Below, piece by piece: positions 14,898-29,414 of a stretch of 64,000 nucleotides of DNA (positions are counted from its first letter, which is position 1; every line of letters starts with the position of its first letter). Made by a program: the position numbers and the translations under genes. Under the pieces are notes generated by a model, which worked only from the letters and a program-made list of their open reading frames with translations, was not told the DNA's origin and made no database searches. Source of the DNA: an uncultured Gammaproteobacteria bacterium (GTDB lineage: Bacteria; Pseudomonadota; Gammaproteobacteria; Steroidobacterales; Steroidobacteraceae); contig CAVTDU010000038.1 of assembly GCA_963733565.1 (NCBI GenBank), positions 81,466-145,465 on the forward strand, given 5' to 3'.

Positions 14898-15428
14898 ATG
14901 AAACAACTTATCGCGATTTCCGCAATCGGCAATGACCGCACCGGCCTGGTCTACGACCTGACCCGTGTCGTCGTCGATTGTGGCGGCAACGTCCTCGAAA
15001 GCCGCATGACCGCACTCGGCAACGAGTTCGCGGTGCTCATGCTGGTGGCGGGGAACTGGCACACGCTCGCCAAGCTCGAGGGCGAACTCGCCAAGCTCGG
15101 CGAATCCTCGGGCCTCACGATCATCAGCCGGCGCACCGAGACACGGCCGCCGCGGACCGACATGGTGTCCTACACCGTGGACGTCGTCTGCCTCGACCAG
15201 CCGGGAGTCCTGCACTCGCTTGCCGGCTTCTTCTCCTCGCGCGGCATCGACATCGGCGACATCTCGACGCGCACGTACAACGCTGCGCACACCGGCGCAC
15301 CGATGTTCTCCCTTTACATGGTGGTCCACGTCCCGACGCGCATCCACGTTGCGGCGCTGCGCGAAGAGTTCATGGACGTCTGCGACCACCTGAACCTCGA
15401 CGCGATCCTCGAACCACTCAAGGCATGA
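14898..15428 (+). CDS. gcvR: glycine cleavage system transcriptional repressor-like protein (tandem ACT domains)
   Basis: Two ACT-like repeats (IGNDRTGLVYDLTRVV; CLDQPGVLHSLAGFF). Conserved dapA / gcvR-bcp neighbourhood as in E. coli. Confidence 0.75.
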   Translation: MKQLIAISAIGNDRTGLVYDLTRVVVDCGGNVLESRMTALGNEFAVLMLVAGNWHTLAKLEGELAKLGESSGLTIISRRTETRPPRTDMVSYTVDVVCLDQPGVLHSLAGFFSSRGIDIGDISTRTYNAAHTGAPMFSLYMVVHVPTRIHVAALREEFMDVCDHLNLDAILEPLKA

Positions 15429-15434
15429 GGCCAC

Positions 15435-15908
15435 ATGGCTGAAAAGACCGCTGCCGTCGGCAGGAAAGTCCCGGACTTCGCGCTCCCGTCGACCGGGGGC
15501 AAGCCATGGAGGCTCGCCGACGCCGCGGGAAAGAAGGTCGTCCTCTACTTCTATCCCAAGGACAACACCTCGGGGTGCACCAAGGAAGGCCAGCAGTTCG
15601 GCGAACTGCACGCCGAGTTCCGCAAGGCGAAGACCATCGTGCTGGGCGTGTCGCCGGACAGCCTCGCGATGCACGACAAGTTCAAGGCGAAGTTCGATTT
15701 TCCATTCGAGCTGCTGAGCGACGAGGAGAAGAAGGCCTGCACCCTCTTCGGCGTCTGGAAGGAGAAGAGCATGTACGGCAGGAAGTACATGGGCGTCGAG
15801 CGCAGCACGTTCCTGGTCGACGCGCAGGGCATCCTGCGGCAGGAGTGGCGCAAGGTGAAGGTGGACGGGCACGCCGCCGAAGTCCTCGCCGCCGCGCGCG
15901 ACCTCTGA
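15435..15908 (+). CDS. bcp: thioredoxin-dependent thiol peroxidase Bcp
   Basis: YFYPKDNTSGCTKEG peroxidatic Cys motif; position immediately after gcvR. Confidence 0.85.
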   Translation: MAEKTAAVGRKVPDFALPSTGGKPWRLADAAGKKVVLYFYPKDNTSGCTKEGQQFGELHAEFRKAKTIVLGVSPDSLAMHDKFKAKFDFPFELLSDEEKKACTLFGVWKEKSMYGRKYMGVERSTFLVDAQGILRQEWRKVKVDGHAAEVLAAARDL

Positions 15909-15945
15909 TCCCGGCCGCACCCTCCCCGCTCACCGGAGCCCGCCG

Positions 15946-17365
15946 TTGCCGTCCAAGAAGCAGTCCTCCCAGCGCCGCATCTTCCTGCTCGATACCAATG
16001 TCCTGATGCACGACCCGACGTGCATCTTCCGCTTCGAAGAACACGACATCTTCATCCCGATGATCGTGCTCGAGGAGCTCGACGCGGGCAAGAAAGGCAT
16101 GTCGGAGGCTGCACGCAACGTGCGCCAGGTGAGCCGCTTCCTCGACGAGCTGATGGCGAATTCGACCAAGCAGCAGATCGACCGCGGGATCGAGCTGCCC
16201 ACGGCCAAGCCGATGAGCGGCGGCAAGAAGCCGCCGACCGGGCGCCTGTTCTTCCAGACCCGGCAGATGACGACCGGACTGCCGGACACGCTGCCCGGGC
16301 ACGGCGCCGACAACGCGATACTCGCCCACACCGTGGCGCTGCAGCGGGAGCACCCGAAGACGCGGGTGACGCTGGTGTCGAAGGACATCAACCTGCGCAT
16401 CAAGGCGGCGATCATCGGCGTGCACGCCGAGGACTACAGCAGCGACAAGACCATCGAGGACGCCGATCTCCTCTACACGGGCATGGAGGAACTGCCGGCC
16501 AACTTCTGGGATCGCGCTGGCCGCAGCCTCGAATCGTGGCAGGAGCATGGCCGTGCCTTCTACCGGGTTCGCAACAAGCTGGTCGCGAACTGGGCCCCGA
16601 ACCAGTTCGTCTACCAGCCTGGCGAGCACGGCATCGAGGCGCTCGTCCGGCGCATCGAGGGCGATACCGCGGTGCTCGAGGTCGTGCGCGACTTCCGTCG
16701 CGAGCGTCACGGCATCTGGGGCATCAACGCGCGCAACCGCGAGCAGAATTTCGCGCTCAACCTGCTGCTCGACCCCGAGATCGACCTCGTGACGGTGCTG
16801 GGGCCCGCCGGCACCGGCAAGACGCTGCTCACGCTCGCCGCCGGCCTCGCGCAGACGCTCGAGACCAACCGGTTCAGCGAGATCATCATGACGCGCGTGA
16901 CGATCCCGCTCGGCGAGGACATCGGCTTCCTGCCGGGCACCGAGGAAGAAAAGATGGAGCCGTGGATGGGCGCGCTGATGGACAACCTCGAGGTGCTTAC
17001 GCACACGCAGGAAGGCGGCAGCTGGGGACGCGCCGCGACCAACGACCTGCTGCGCAACCGGATCAAGATCCGCTCGCTCAACTTCATGCGCGGCCGCACG
17101 TTCCTCAACCGCTACGTCATCCTCGACGAGGCGCAGAACCTGACGCCGAAGCAGATGAAGGCGATCGTGACCCGCGCCGGCCCGGGCACGAAGCTCGTCT
17201 GCCTCGGCAACATCGCCCAGATCGACACGCCTTACCTGTCGGAGACGACCTGCGGGGCTCACCTATGTCGTCAACCGCTTCCGCGGCTGGGCGCATTACG
17301 GCCACGTGACGCTGATGCGCGGCGAGCGCTCGCGTCTCGCGGACGTGGCGTCCGAGATGCTCTGA
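15946..17365 (+). CDS. PIN-domain / PhoH-like ATPase (PhoH2/YlaK type), one apparent frameshift near the 3' end
   Basis: N-terminal PIN (FLLDTNVLMHDP), Walker A GPAGTGKT, DEAQN Walker B. The conserved tail SGLTYVVNRFRGWAHYGHVTLMRGERSRLADVASEML is +1 shifted from about 17250. The listed 999-aa ORF is an artefactual fusion with the next gene. Confidence 0.8.
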
Positions 17366-17421
17366 CGCGCAAGGCCCCGGGGCCACGGAACCCCAGGGCC
17401 CGCCGCCGGTCGAACGCAGGC

Positions 17422-18945
17422 ATGCCCCGAACTCTCATTCGCCGACCTGTCGCCCTCGTCGCCGGCCTCGGCGTCGCGGGGTGGCTCGCCCTGCCGGGCC
17501 AGCTCTGCGCCCAGGAGACCCACGACCAGCTGCCCGAGATGGGCACCGCGGCCGCGTCCACGCTCAGCCTCGAGGACGAATACCGCATCGGCCGCATGGT
17601 CATGCGCGGCCTCAGGGACACGGGCCGCATGCTCGAGGACCCGGAGACGAACGAGTACCTGCAGACCCTCGGGCTGCGGCTCTCGAGCATGGCGCAGGAC
17701 GGCAACCGGAGATTCAGTTTCTTCCTGGTCAACGACCCGACCATCAACGCGTTTGCGCTGCCCGGCGGATTCATCGGCATCCACTCGGGCCTGCTGCTCG
17801 ACACGCGCAACGAGAGCGAACTCGCCGGCGTGTACGCGCACGAGATCGCGCACGTCACCCAGCGCCACATCGCGCGCAGCATCGAGGATCGCGCGCGCTC
17901 GAGCGTCGTCTCGACGGCGGCGACGGTCGCGGCCATCCTGCTCTCCGCCGTGGCTGGCATGCCGTCCGACGTGACGATGGGTGCGATTGCGACGGCCCAG
18001 GGACTCGCGGCCCAGTCGCAGCTCAATTTCACGCGCGAGAACGAGTATGAGGCCGACCGTGTCGGCATCGGGATCATGGCCAGCTCCGGCTTCGATCCGA
18101 ACGGCATGCCGGCGTTCTTCGAGGAGATGGGACGGCGCACGCAGCTGAGCCCCGACTGGGTACCCGAGCTGCTGCGCAGCCACCCCGTCACCAGCTCCCG
18201 CATCGCCGAATCGAAGGGCCGCGCCGCGCAGTATCCGCCGGTCGAGACGCGCGAATCGATGAGTTACGCCATCACGCGCGAGCGGGTCCGCGTGCTCACG
18301 ACGCCGGCCGGCGCCGACCCGCGCAGGTACTACGCGTCCGTCACGGAGAACGAGCCGGACGCCACGGTCGCGCAGCTGTATGGCAAGGCGCTCGCACGAT
18401 TCATGGCGGGCGATGCACAAGGCGCGATTCCGGCCTTCGAGCGCCTCGTCGCGGCGCACCCGGAGGTCATGCAGTTCCACACGGCGCTCGGCCAGGCCCA
18501 GCTGTCGGCGGGCGACGTCAAGGCTTCGCTCGCCACGCTGGAACGGGCGCTGGAACTCTCGCCTCGCAACGTGCCGGTCACGGTGCGGTACGCGGAGGCG
18601 CTGCTGCAGGCGGGGCGCCCGAAGCGCGCCCACGAGGTACTGCTGGACCTGTTCAACAACGTACCGCCCTCGGTCGAGCAGGTCCGGCTGACCGCCGTCG
18701 CGGCCAATGCCGCTGGCGATGTCGCCGACTCGTACTCGTACATGTCCGAGTACTACGTCATGAGCGGCGACCTGATGCTCGCGATCAACCAGCTGGAACT
18801 GGCGTTGTCCGTGCCTTCGCTGACCGACGTGCAGCGGGCCCGCTTCATGTCACGCCTGAAGGAGCTGCGCGAGGCGCTTCCCCCGCGCAGCCGCGGTGCC
18901 CAGCCCACGCAAACCGCCGGCGGCGGCCGAAGCCCGAACGGGTGA
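17422..18945 (+). CDS. bepA: beta-barrel assembly-enhancing protease (M48 peptidase with TPR domain)
   Basis: Signal peptide, HEIAHVTQRH zinc motif, ENEYEADRVG, C-terminal TPR-like repeats. Confidence 0.85.
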   Translation: MPRTLIRRPVALVAGLGVAGWLALPGQLCAQETHDQLPEMGTAAASTLSLEDEYRIGRMVMRGLRDTGRMLEDPETNEYLQTLGLRLSSMAQDGNRRFSFFLVNDPTINAFALPGGFIGIHSGLLLDTRNESELAGVYAHEIAHVTQRHIARSIEDRARSSVVSTAATVAAILLSAVAGMPSDVTMGAIATAQGLAAQSQLNFTRENEYEADRVGIGIMASSGFDPNGMPAFFEEMGRRTQLSPDWVPELLRSHPVTSSRIAESKGRAAQYPPVETRESMSYAITRERVRVLTTPAGADPRRYYASVTENEPDATVAQLYGKALARFMAGDAQGAIPAFERLVAAHPEVMQFHTALGQAQLSAGDVKASLATLERALELSPRNVPVTVRYAEALLQAGRPKRAHEVLLDLFNNVPPSVEQVRLTAVAANAAGDVADSYSYMSEYYVMSGDLMLAINQLELALSVPSLTDVQRARFMSRLKELREALPPRSRGAQPTQTAGGGRSPNG

Positions 18946-19003
18946 CGCCCATACTGTAGAATCGCGCCTCCGCGGCGAGCTTGCCCCGGTCCTGGAGTTG
19001 TCG

Positions 19004-19775
19004 ATGAAATTGCCTGCAACGGAACTGTTGCGCGTCGCCGCGCTCACGTGTCTCGCCATGATCGATGGCCGGCTGCGCCACGACGGAAACGCGCAGTCCC
19101 GGCGATCCGTTCGAGCCCGCGAACCGCGGCGTGTTCGAGGTCAACCGCGCGATCGACCGTGCAGCACTGAAGCCTGCCGCAAAAGCCTATGTGAAGGTCA
19201 CGCCGTCGTGGTTCCGCATCGGTGTCGGGAATTTCTTCAACAATCTCTCCGTGCCCTACACTGCGCTCAACCAGGTGCTGCAGGGCAAGTTCGTCGCGGC
19301 GGGACAGGACACGCTGCGCTTCGCGATCAACACCACGCTTGGCTGGGGCGGCGTGCTCGACGTGGCTGCAGGCGCGCATCTCCCGGACCACGAGGAGGAT
19401 CTGGGCCAGACGCTCGGCAAGTGGGGCGTGCCACCCGGGCCGTTCCTGATGCTGCCCCTGGTCGGGCCCTCGACGGTGCGCGACTTCCCGTCCGTCGTGG
19501 CGGAGCGCGTTCTCCAGCCGCTCTTCTGGTTCAACATGGGCAACGCCAAGTGGGGCTCACTGGTGCTGAGCGCGGTCGACGGCCGCGCCCGATACCTGGC
19601 GCTCGACCCGACTCTCGATCGCGTGTACGACAAGTACACGTTCGTTCGCGACGCCTTCCTGCAGCGCCGCCTGTACCTGATCCATGACGGCAACCCGCCC
19701 GAGGCGCCGATCGACCCGGAGCTGCAGGAGGCAATCGACGAGGCGGATGCCGAAGTCCCGCCGCCGGCTCCGTAG
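19004..19775 (+). CDS. mlaA: MlaA/VacJ outer-membrane lipoprotein, apparent frameshift in the signal peptide
   Basis: MKLPATELLRVAALTCLAM.. then the (L)AGC lipobox in the next frame (ORF 19065-19775). DPFEPANRGVFEVN and GWGGVLDVA motifs. Confidence 0.8.
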
Positions 19776-19802
19776 ACCGGCTGCGGCCTGCGCCTGCCGC
19801 CC

Positions 19803-20109
19803 TCAGCGGCCCAGCAGCAGGTCCTCGAGGTCCGAGATTCGCGCGATGGCCAGCATCTGCGCGGGGATTGCCTCGTAGGCGATCGAGCTGCCGCGCGCCT
19901 TCGCGGATGCCAGCCAGTCGACCAGCACGGCGACACCGGCGCTGTCGCCCGATTCGACGCGCCCGAGATCGATCACACACGCCTGCTCGACGCCGGATGA
20001 GTTCGTCGCCCTGCCTGAGCGCCTGTGCGGCCGTCTCGAATCCGAGTTCGCCGCTCGCCACGAGACGTCCCGGGCTCGCCCGCTCGATCGCGAAGTGGCC
20101 CGCCATCAT
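19803..20109 (-). CDS. mlaB: STAS-domain protein MlaB, one apparent frameshift
   Basis: MMAGHFAIERASPGRLVASGELGFETA..., then IDLGRVESGDSAGVAVLVDWLASAKARG in a shifted frame (switch near 19985-19995). Position upstream of mlaC on the same strand. Confidence 0.7.
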
Positions 20110-20774
20110 CCGGCCTTGGCAGACGCCTTGGCCGCCGGCGGCTTCGCAGAACTCGTGTTCTCGGTCTCGAGGCGCTGGATCACGGCATCGAGCCCCTTCG
20201 CGTCGATCTCCGAGCCGAAGTCGGTACGGAAGTTCTTCACGTACGAGACGCCTTCGATCGTGACGTCCCAGGCCTTCCAGCCCTGTGGCGTGCCGCGCAT
20301 CGTGTAGTTGACCGGCACCGGCGTGCCGTTGTCGCGCTTGACCTCCGTCCTCACGGTCGCGGTCGTCGCGGCCGGATCGCCCTTGAAGGGAAGGATCGTG
20401 AGCCGGTCGCCGGTGAAGTCGAGCAGCGCCGTGCCGTACTGGCGCATCATCGACTGGATGAACGCCTCGACGAACCGATGCTGCTGCTCGGGCGTCGCGG
20501 TACGCCAGTGCTTGCCGAGCACGAGCCGCGCGGCGTAGTCGGCGTCGAAGTTCGGCAGCAGGTTCTTGTCGACGAGCGCCCTGAGCTTCGCGGGGTCCTG
20601 GCGCAGCGCGGCGCGGTTCGCGTCGATGTCGCGCAGCATGTCCTGCGACACCTTCTCGATCAGCTGCTGTGGCCCCGGTCCCGGGATCGCCTGCGCATTG
20701 GCGACGCCGGTGGCGCCGATGAAGACGCAGGCAGCGAAAAACGACAGCAGGGACGAGCGCATACGGGTTCTCAC
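20106..20774 (-). CDS. mlaC: phospholipid-binding periplasmic protein MlaC (Ttg2D family)
   Basis: Signal peptide plus the toluene-tolerance family pattern (LLPNFDADYAARLVLGKHW, FKGDP...). Confidence 0.85.
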   Translation of the reverse strand: MRTRMRSSLLSFFAACVFIGATGVANAQAIPGPGPQQLIEKVSQDMLRDIDANRAALRQDPAKLRALVDKNLLPNFDADYAARLVLGKHWRTATPEQQHRFVEAFIQSMMRQYGTALLDFTGDRLTILPFKGDPAATTATVRTEVKRDNGTPVPVNYTMRGTPQGWKAWDVTIEGVSYVKNFRTDFGSEIDAKGLDAVIQRLETENTSSAKPPAAKASAKAG

Positions 20775-21283
20775 TTCTGGGCCTCCGGCTGGGGGGTGGC
20801 TTCTGCAGCCTTGGCCGCGGACTCCTTCTCGGCCTGGCTGAACAGGTACTTGCTGATCAGGTTCTCGAGCACGATCGCATCCTGCACGAACGCGACCTGG
20901 TCGCCGTCCTTGAAGTACTCCTCGGAGCCGCCGGGAGTGATGCCGATGTACTGCCCGCCGAGCAGGCCCGCGGTGAAGATGCTCGTGTCGCTGTCGTTCG
21001 GGATCTCGTTGTAGCGCCGGTCGATCCGCAGCGTGACGACAGCCTTGAGCAGCTTCATGTCGTAGACGATGCCCTCGACGCGGCCGATGGTCACGCCGGC
21101 CATCTTCACCGGGGCACCGGTCTTCAGGCCGCCGACGTTCTCGAACTGCGCCTGCACCCGGTAGGATGAGTCGCCGAGCGAGAACTCGCGGTTCGAGATC
21201 TGCGTCGCAAGGAACGCGATGGCCGTGAGGCCGAGCAGGACGAACAGGCCGGTGGATACGTCTATGGCGCGGGAATGCCGCAT
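20771..21283 (-). CDS. mlaD: MCE-domain protein MlaD
   Basis: N-terminal TM anchor then MCE domain (GGLKTGAPVKMAGVTIGRVEGI). Confidence 0.85.
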   Translation of the reverse strand: MRHSRAIDVSTGLFVLLGLTAIAFLATQISNREFSLGDSSYRVQAQFENVGGLKTGAPVKMAGVTIGRVEGIVYDMKLLKAVVTLRIDRRYNEIPNDSDTSIFTAGLLGGQYIGITPGGSEEYFKDGDQVAFVQDAIVLENLISKYLFSQAEKESAAKAAEATPQPEAQK

Positions 21284-21296
21284 GGTCGCCTCGGGG

Positions 21297-22064
21297 TCAG
21301 AGAAGGATGGCCGTCACGATGTAGTCGAGAACCAGGGTCGCCACGGACGAAACGACGACGGTTCGTGTGGTCGCACGGCCGACGCCCTCGGCGGTCGGCT
21401 CGGCATTGTAACCTTCGAATACGGCGATCAGGCTGCAGGCGAGGCCGAAGACCAGCCCCTTGATCAGGCCTTCGCGGACGTCCTCGATCTCGACGGCGCC
21501 ACGCATCTCCGACCAGAACTGCCCCTGGTCGATGCCGAAATACTGCACGCCGATCAACTGCACGCCGTAGAGACTGATGGCGACGAAGACCGCCGTCAGC
21601 AGCGGCATCGAGATCACGCCGCCGAGAAACCTCGGCAGCACGACGCGACGCATCGGGTCCACGGCCATGATCTCCATCGCGGAGAGCTGGTCGGTGGCGC
21701 GCATCAGGCCGATCTCCGAGGCGATCGAGGTGCCGGCGCGTCCGGCGAACAGCAGCGACGTGACCACCGGCCCGAGTTCCTTCAGCAGCGTGAGCGCCGC
21801 ACCGATGCCGAGCGAGTCCTCCGACCCGATGCGGCTCAGCAGGTCGTAGCCCTGCAGGCCCATCACCATGCCGACGAAAAGCCCGCTCGTCATGATGATC
21901 ACGAGCGAGAGCGCACCCGCGTTGTAGACCTGCTCGACCACGAGCCTCGGGCGCAGGAAGCCGGACGGCGTCAGCCACAGCAGCCGCAGGAAGAAACGCG
22001 TGAGTGCGCCGACCCGGGCGAAGAACCCGGCGAAGCTCGACAGCATGTCGCGAATCACGCTCAC
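21297..22064 (-). CDS. mlaE: ABC transporter permease MlaE
   Basis: 255-aa polytopic membrane protein in the mla operon position. Confidence 0.85.
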   Translation of the reverse strand: MSVIRDMLSSFAGFFARVGALTRFFLRLLWLTPSGFLRPRLVVEQVYNAGALSLVIIMTSGLFVGMVMGLQGYDLLSRIGSEDSLGIGAALTLLKELGPVVTSLLFAGRAGTSIASEIGLMRATDQLSAMEIMAVDPMRRVVLPRFLGGVISMPLLTAVFVAISLYGVQLIGVQYFGIDQGQFWSEMRGAVEIEDVREGLIKGLVFGLACSLIAVFEGYNAEPTAEGVGRATTRTVVVSSVATLVLDYIVTAILL

Positions 22065-22918
22065 CGCCTCGCCTCGGGCGCGTGGAGCAGCTGCTCGTAA
22101 TAGTCGGGCGCCGGGTAATGGAACGGGACGGGCCCATCGGCGAGGCCGCCCATGAACTGGTGGACGATGGGCGACGGATGGTCGTGCAGCTCGCGCGGCG
22201 TGCCGCTCGCCACCACCTGGCCTTCCGACAGGATGTAGCTCAGGTCGGCGATCTGCGCCACTTCCTTCACGTCGTGCGTGACGACGATGCTCGAGATGCC
22301 GAGCGCGTCGTTCAGCGACCTGATCAGGCGCATCACCACGCCCATCGAGATGGGATCGAGACCCGCGAAGGGCTCGTCGTAGATCAGGATGTCGGGGTCC
22401 ATGACGATGGCGCGCGCGAGCGCGACACGCCTCGCCATGCCGCCGGAGAGCTGCCTCGGCAGCATGTGCGCGGCACCGCGCAGGCCGACCGCGTGCAGCT
22501 TGGTCAGCACCAGCGTGCTGACCAGGCGCTCAGGCAGCCTCGCGTGCTCCCGGAGCGGAAACGCCACGTTCTCGAAGACGTCGATGTCGGTGAGCAGCGC
22601 GCCGTTCTGGAACAGCATGCCCATGCGTCGCCGCAGCGCGTAGAGCTCGTCGCGACTGAGACTCGAGACGTCCTTGCCGTCGACGATCACGCTGCCGCTG
22701 TCGGCCTGGATCTGGCCGGTGATGAGCCGCAGCAGCGTCGTCTTGCCGGTGCCGCTCGGGCCCATGATGGCGGTGACCTGCCCCCGGCCGATGGCGATGT
22801 CCAGCCCGCGAAAGATGGGCTTGTCGTCCACCGAGTAGTGGACGCCCGTCAGCACGGCGATATCGTCCGGACGCGCGACCGGCATGCCGCCGTTCGCGGA
22901 CGTGTGGTTACTGCTCAC
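22061..22918 (-). CDS. mlaF: ABC transporter ATP-binding protein MlaF
   Basis: Walker A GPSGTGKTT, signature LSGGMARR, Walker B ILIYDEP. GTG start. Confidence 0.9.
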   Translation of the reverse strand: MSSNHTSANGGMPVARPDDIAVLTGVHYSVDDKPIFRGLDIAIGRGQVTAIMGPSGTGKTTLLRLITGQIQADSGSVIVDGKDVSSLSRDELYALRRRMGMLFQNGALLTDIDVFENVAFPLREHARLPERLVSTLVLTKLHAVGLRGAAHMLPRQLSGGMARRVALARAIVMDPDILIYDEPFAGLDPISMGVVMRLIRSLNDALGISSIVVTHDVKEVAQIADLSYILSEGQVVASGTPRELHDHPSPIVHQFMGGLADGPVPFHYPAPDYYEQLLHAPEARR

Positions 22919-23128
22919 GATCTGGTCGGCCGGGCGCTCTACGCGGCCTCGAACTGGTTGTGGTCCACTTGAGAATCCTCCGACCGTGGCGCCCGTGCGG
23001 GTGCGGGCCAGCGGTCACTTCGACTGCAAAAATTCTAACAGGTTCACCCGGCCAGGCCCTTGGCGGCAGGCGCAGTTTTGCCAGGCGAAACGATTAGGAC
23101 TAAAATTGTACCAATTACGGGGTACGCG

Positions 23129-23612
23129 ATGTTAAGGATCAGCAAGCTCACGGACTACGGCACGGTGATACTCGCCTGCCTCGCCTCGCGCGCCCGAGCG
23201 GCGCTGCACGGCGGCGGAGGTGTCCGAACGCACGCGACTCGCGCTGCCGACGGTCAGCAAGCTGCTGAAGAACTTCCATCGGGCCGGGCTCGTGACGTCC
23301 GTGCGAGGCTCGCACGGCGGCTACAGTCTCGCGCGGCCAGCGGCCCAGATCAGCGCCGCATCGATCATCGACGCGATCGAGGGGCCGGTCGCCATCACGG
23401 AGTGCAGCGGCGACCACAGCGCCTGCGATTTCGAGACCTCCTGCAGCACCGGCGTTTCCTGGCAGCGGATCAATGGCGCCATCCGGCGGTCGCTGGAGGA
23501 GATCTCGCTCGCCCAGCTCTCGGGCCAGGAAGCCGTCGCCGTCTGGCGCCCGGACCTCTCCACCGTGCCCTTGCGCGGGCAGCCCCTGCCCCGCTCCGGC
23601 GGCCGCCTGTGA
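23129..23612 (+). CDS. iscR: Rrf2-family Fe-S cluster regulator (IscR/SufR-like), one apparent frameshift
   Basis: MLRISKLTDYGTVILACLA wHTH start, then SHGGYSLARP and a Cys-rich ITECSGDHSACDFETSC segment in ORF 23220-23612. Directly precedes sufB. Confidence 0.8.
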
Positions 23613-23623
23613 GGGCCTGAACC

Positions 23624-25074
<1,451 letters not shown>

Positions 25075-25095
25075 CGAGCACATCGAGAGACAATC

Positions 25096-25847
<752 letters not shown>

Positions 25848-25851
<4 letters not shown>

Positions 25852-27140
25852 GCGCAGCGCCCGCAAGCGAGTCGCTGGCCTGCTACGGCGCGGCATTCGA
25901 GTCCGCCCGCGCGGTCGCGGGCGAGACCGAGGCGGCGCGCTCGCAGGCGTTTGCGCGCTTTGCGGAGCTTGGGTTCCCGGCCGCACGCGACGAGGCGTGG
26001 AAGTACACGAGCCTGCGGCGTCTCGAATCGCGCCGCTTCCAGGCGGCACGCCGATCGCCCGACGCATCGGACCTGCCCGAAGTCGCCGCGCTCTCGCCGC
26101 ACCGCGTCGTGCTGGTCAACGGAGCCGTCGTCGAGCGATCCGCCCTGCCCTCCGGCCTGCGGGTCCGCACACTGGACGAGGCGCTGCGGGACGGCGAGCC
26201 ACAGAGCACGCTGCTCCGGGTTCCGGCCGGCGGGGGCACCGAACGCTTCGCGGCCCTCAACGTTGCGCTCTGTGCGGACACGCTGGTCGTGGACATCGAG
26301 GAGCGCGCCGCACCCGAGGAGCCGCTGCATCTCGTGCTGGTCTCAGCCGGCGCGGAAGCGCGCATGGCGCACCCGCGGGTGCTGATCCGTGCCGCCCGCG
26401 GCAGCACCGCACGGATCATCCTGCATCATGCAGGCGACGACGCAGCCGAGCAGTTCGTCAATTCATTCGTGGAGGTGGAGCTGGCCACCGAAGCGAAACT
26501 GCATCTTTACCGGCTGCAGGCTGCGGGCACCCGCTCGTTCCTGATCGAGCGGATCGAGGCGACCCTGGGACCGCACGCCGCGTTCCTGATGCACGATGCC
26601 GAGCTCGACGCTTCGCTGTCGCGGCTCGACCTGAACGTCCGGCTGGCGGCCCCGGGCTCCGCAACCGAACTCTCCGGGACTCTTCCTGGCCGACGGCGCG
26701 CGGCATCTCGATGCGCACGTCCGGGTGGACCACCTCGCGCCAGACACGACCAGCCTCGTGGACTATCGCGGGATCGCCGCCGGGCGCGGTCGCGGCGTCT
26801 TCAACGGCAAGGCCGTCGTGCACGTGGACGCCCAGCGGTCCAACGCGCGGCAGACGAACCGCAACCTGCTGCTCACCCCGGGCGCCGAGATCGACTCGAA
26901 GCCCGAGCTCGAGATCTATGCCGACGACGTGAAGTGCAGCCACGGCTCGACGACCGGCCAGCTCGACCCTGCGGCGCTCTTCTACCTGCGCTCGCGGGGC
27001 CTCGGCGAGCGCGAGGCGCGCAGCGCACTCACGCGCGCCTTCGCTGGCGCCGTGCTGTCGCGCATGGACCTCGCATCCTACGCGGCGGCGGTGCACGCCG
27101 TCCTTGACGAGCGGCTGACGCGCCTGCTCGAGACGCCGGC

Positions 27141-27144
<4 letters not shown>
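25848..27144 (+). CDS. sufD: Fe-S cluster assembly protein SufD, one apparent frameshift
   Basis: Conserved C-terminal part [34 protein letters not shown]...[14 protein letters not shown] in ORF 26725-27144. Frame switch near 26680. Confidence 0.88.
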
Positions 27145-28397
<1,253 letters not shown>

Positions 28398-28398
<1 letters not shown>

Positions 28399-28844
28399 TG
28401 GACCTGAGCGAGCTCTATCGCGACGTGATCGTCGATCACAACCGCAATCCGCGCAATTTCCGGCCGATGCCCGGGGCCGACAGCCATGCCGAGGGCTTCA
28501 ATCCGCTGTGCGGAGACCGCCTGACGCTCTTCGTGAAGCTCGACGGCGACCGGATCAGCGACGTGTCGTTCCAGGGCAGCGGCTGCGCGATCTCGGTCGC
28601 ATCGGCCTCGCTGCTCACCGAGAGCGTGAAAGGGCGGACGATCCCCGAGGCCGAGCGACTCTTCGCAACCATGCACGCGCTGCTCACCCGCGACGACGCG
28701 ACGGTGGATGTCGCCGCTCTCGGCAAGCTCGGCGCGCTGTCCGGCGTGCGCGAGTTCCCGGCGCGGGTGAAGTGCGCGAGCCTCTGCTGGCACACCCTCG
28801 ATGCGGCCCTGCACCGGCAATCCGAGCCGGTCCGGACCGAGTGA
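28398..28844 (+). CDS. sufU: SufU-type (IscU-like, zinc-dependent) sulfur transfer protein
   Basis: LYRDVIVDHNRNPRN, NPLCGD, GSGCAIS and FPARVKCASL, the three-Cys SufU pattern. Start overlaps the sufS stop. Confidence 0.85.
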
Positions 28845-28865
28845 ACCGTCACCGGGAGCACCAAA

Positions 28866-29414
28866 GTGCAGCGATCAGACAACGAGCCGATCACCTTCTC
28901 CCGGGACGTCGATGCGGTCATCGTGCCCGCCGGCGTCAACGTGAAGCTGCGCGAGGGCCAGCAGGGTTTCATCACCCAGGCGCTCGGCGGCAGCTTCACC
29001 GTGTACGTCGAGGGCAACCTGTTCCGCATTGCGGGCAAGGACGGCGACGCGCTGGGCAAGGAAGCTGCGGACGTGCCGCGACTGCCCCCGAATGCGAGCG
29101 ACGACGACGTGCGCGACCTCGCCTGGGCGCAGATGAAGACCTGCTACGACCCCGAGATTCCGATCAACGTCGTCGATCTCGGGCTCGTCTATTCGTGCGA
29201 CGTGAAGTCCGAGGAGGACGGTCGAGTGGTCGCCGTGACGATGACGCTGACCGCGCCCGGCTGTGGCATGGGCGACGTGCTGGTGCAGGACGTGAAGGAC
29301 AAGGTCGAGATCATCCCGACGGTGAAGCGGGCGGACGTCGAACTGGTGTTCGACCCGCCGTGGAACCAGTCGATGATGTCGGAGGCCGCCCAGCTGCAGA
29401 CGGGCATGATGTGA
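28866..29414 (+). CDS. sufT: SufT-like Fe-S assembly protein (DUF59 domain)
   Basis: C-terminal DUF59 pattern YDPEIPINVVDLGLVY...MTLTAPGCGMG... Confidence 0.75.
   Translation: MQRSDNEPITFSRDVDAVIVPAGVNVKLREGQQGFITQALGGSFTVYVEGNLFRIAGKDGDALGKEAADVPRLPPNASDDDVRDLAWAQMKTCYDPEIPINVVDLGLVYSCDVKSEEDGRVVAVTMTLTAPGCGMGDVLVQDVKDKVEIIPTVKRADVELVFDPPWNQSMMSEAAQLQTGMM

Noticed and set aside
15946-18945. 999-aa ORF that looks like a PhoH2-BepA fusion protein. Likewise 30210-32291 (SdaA-SDR) and 53735-55216 (YciH-RluF).
   Set aside because: In each case the conserved C-terminal residues and stop of the upstream gene are present in an adjacent frame, and the downstream gene has its own start. The fusions are by-products of single-base frameshifts.
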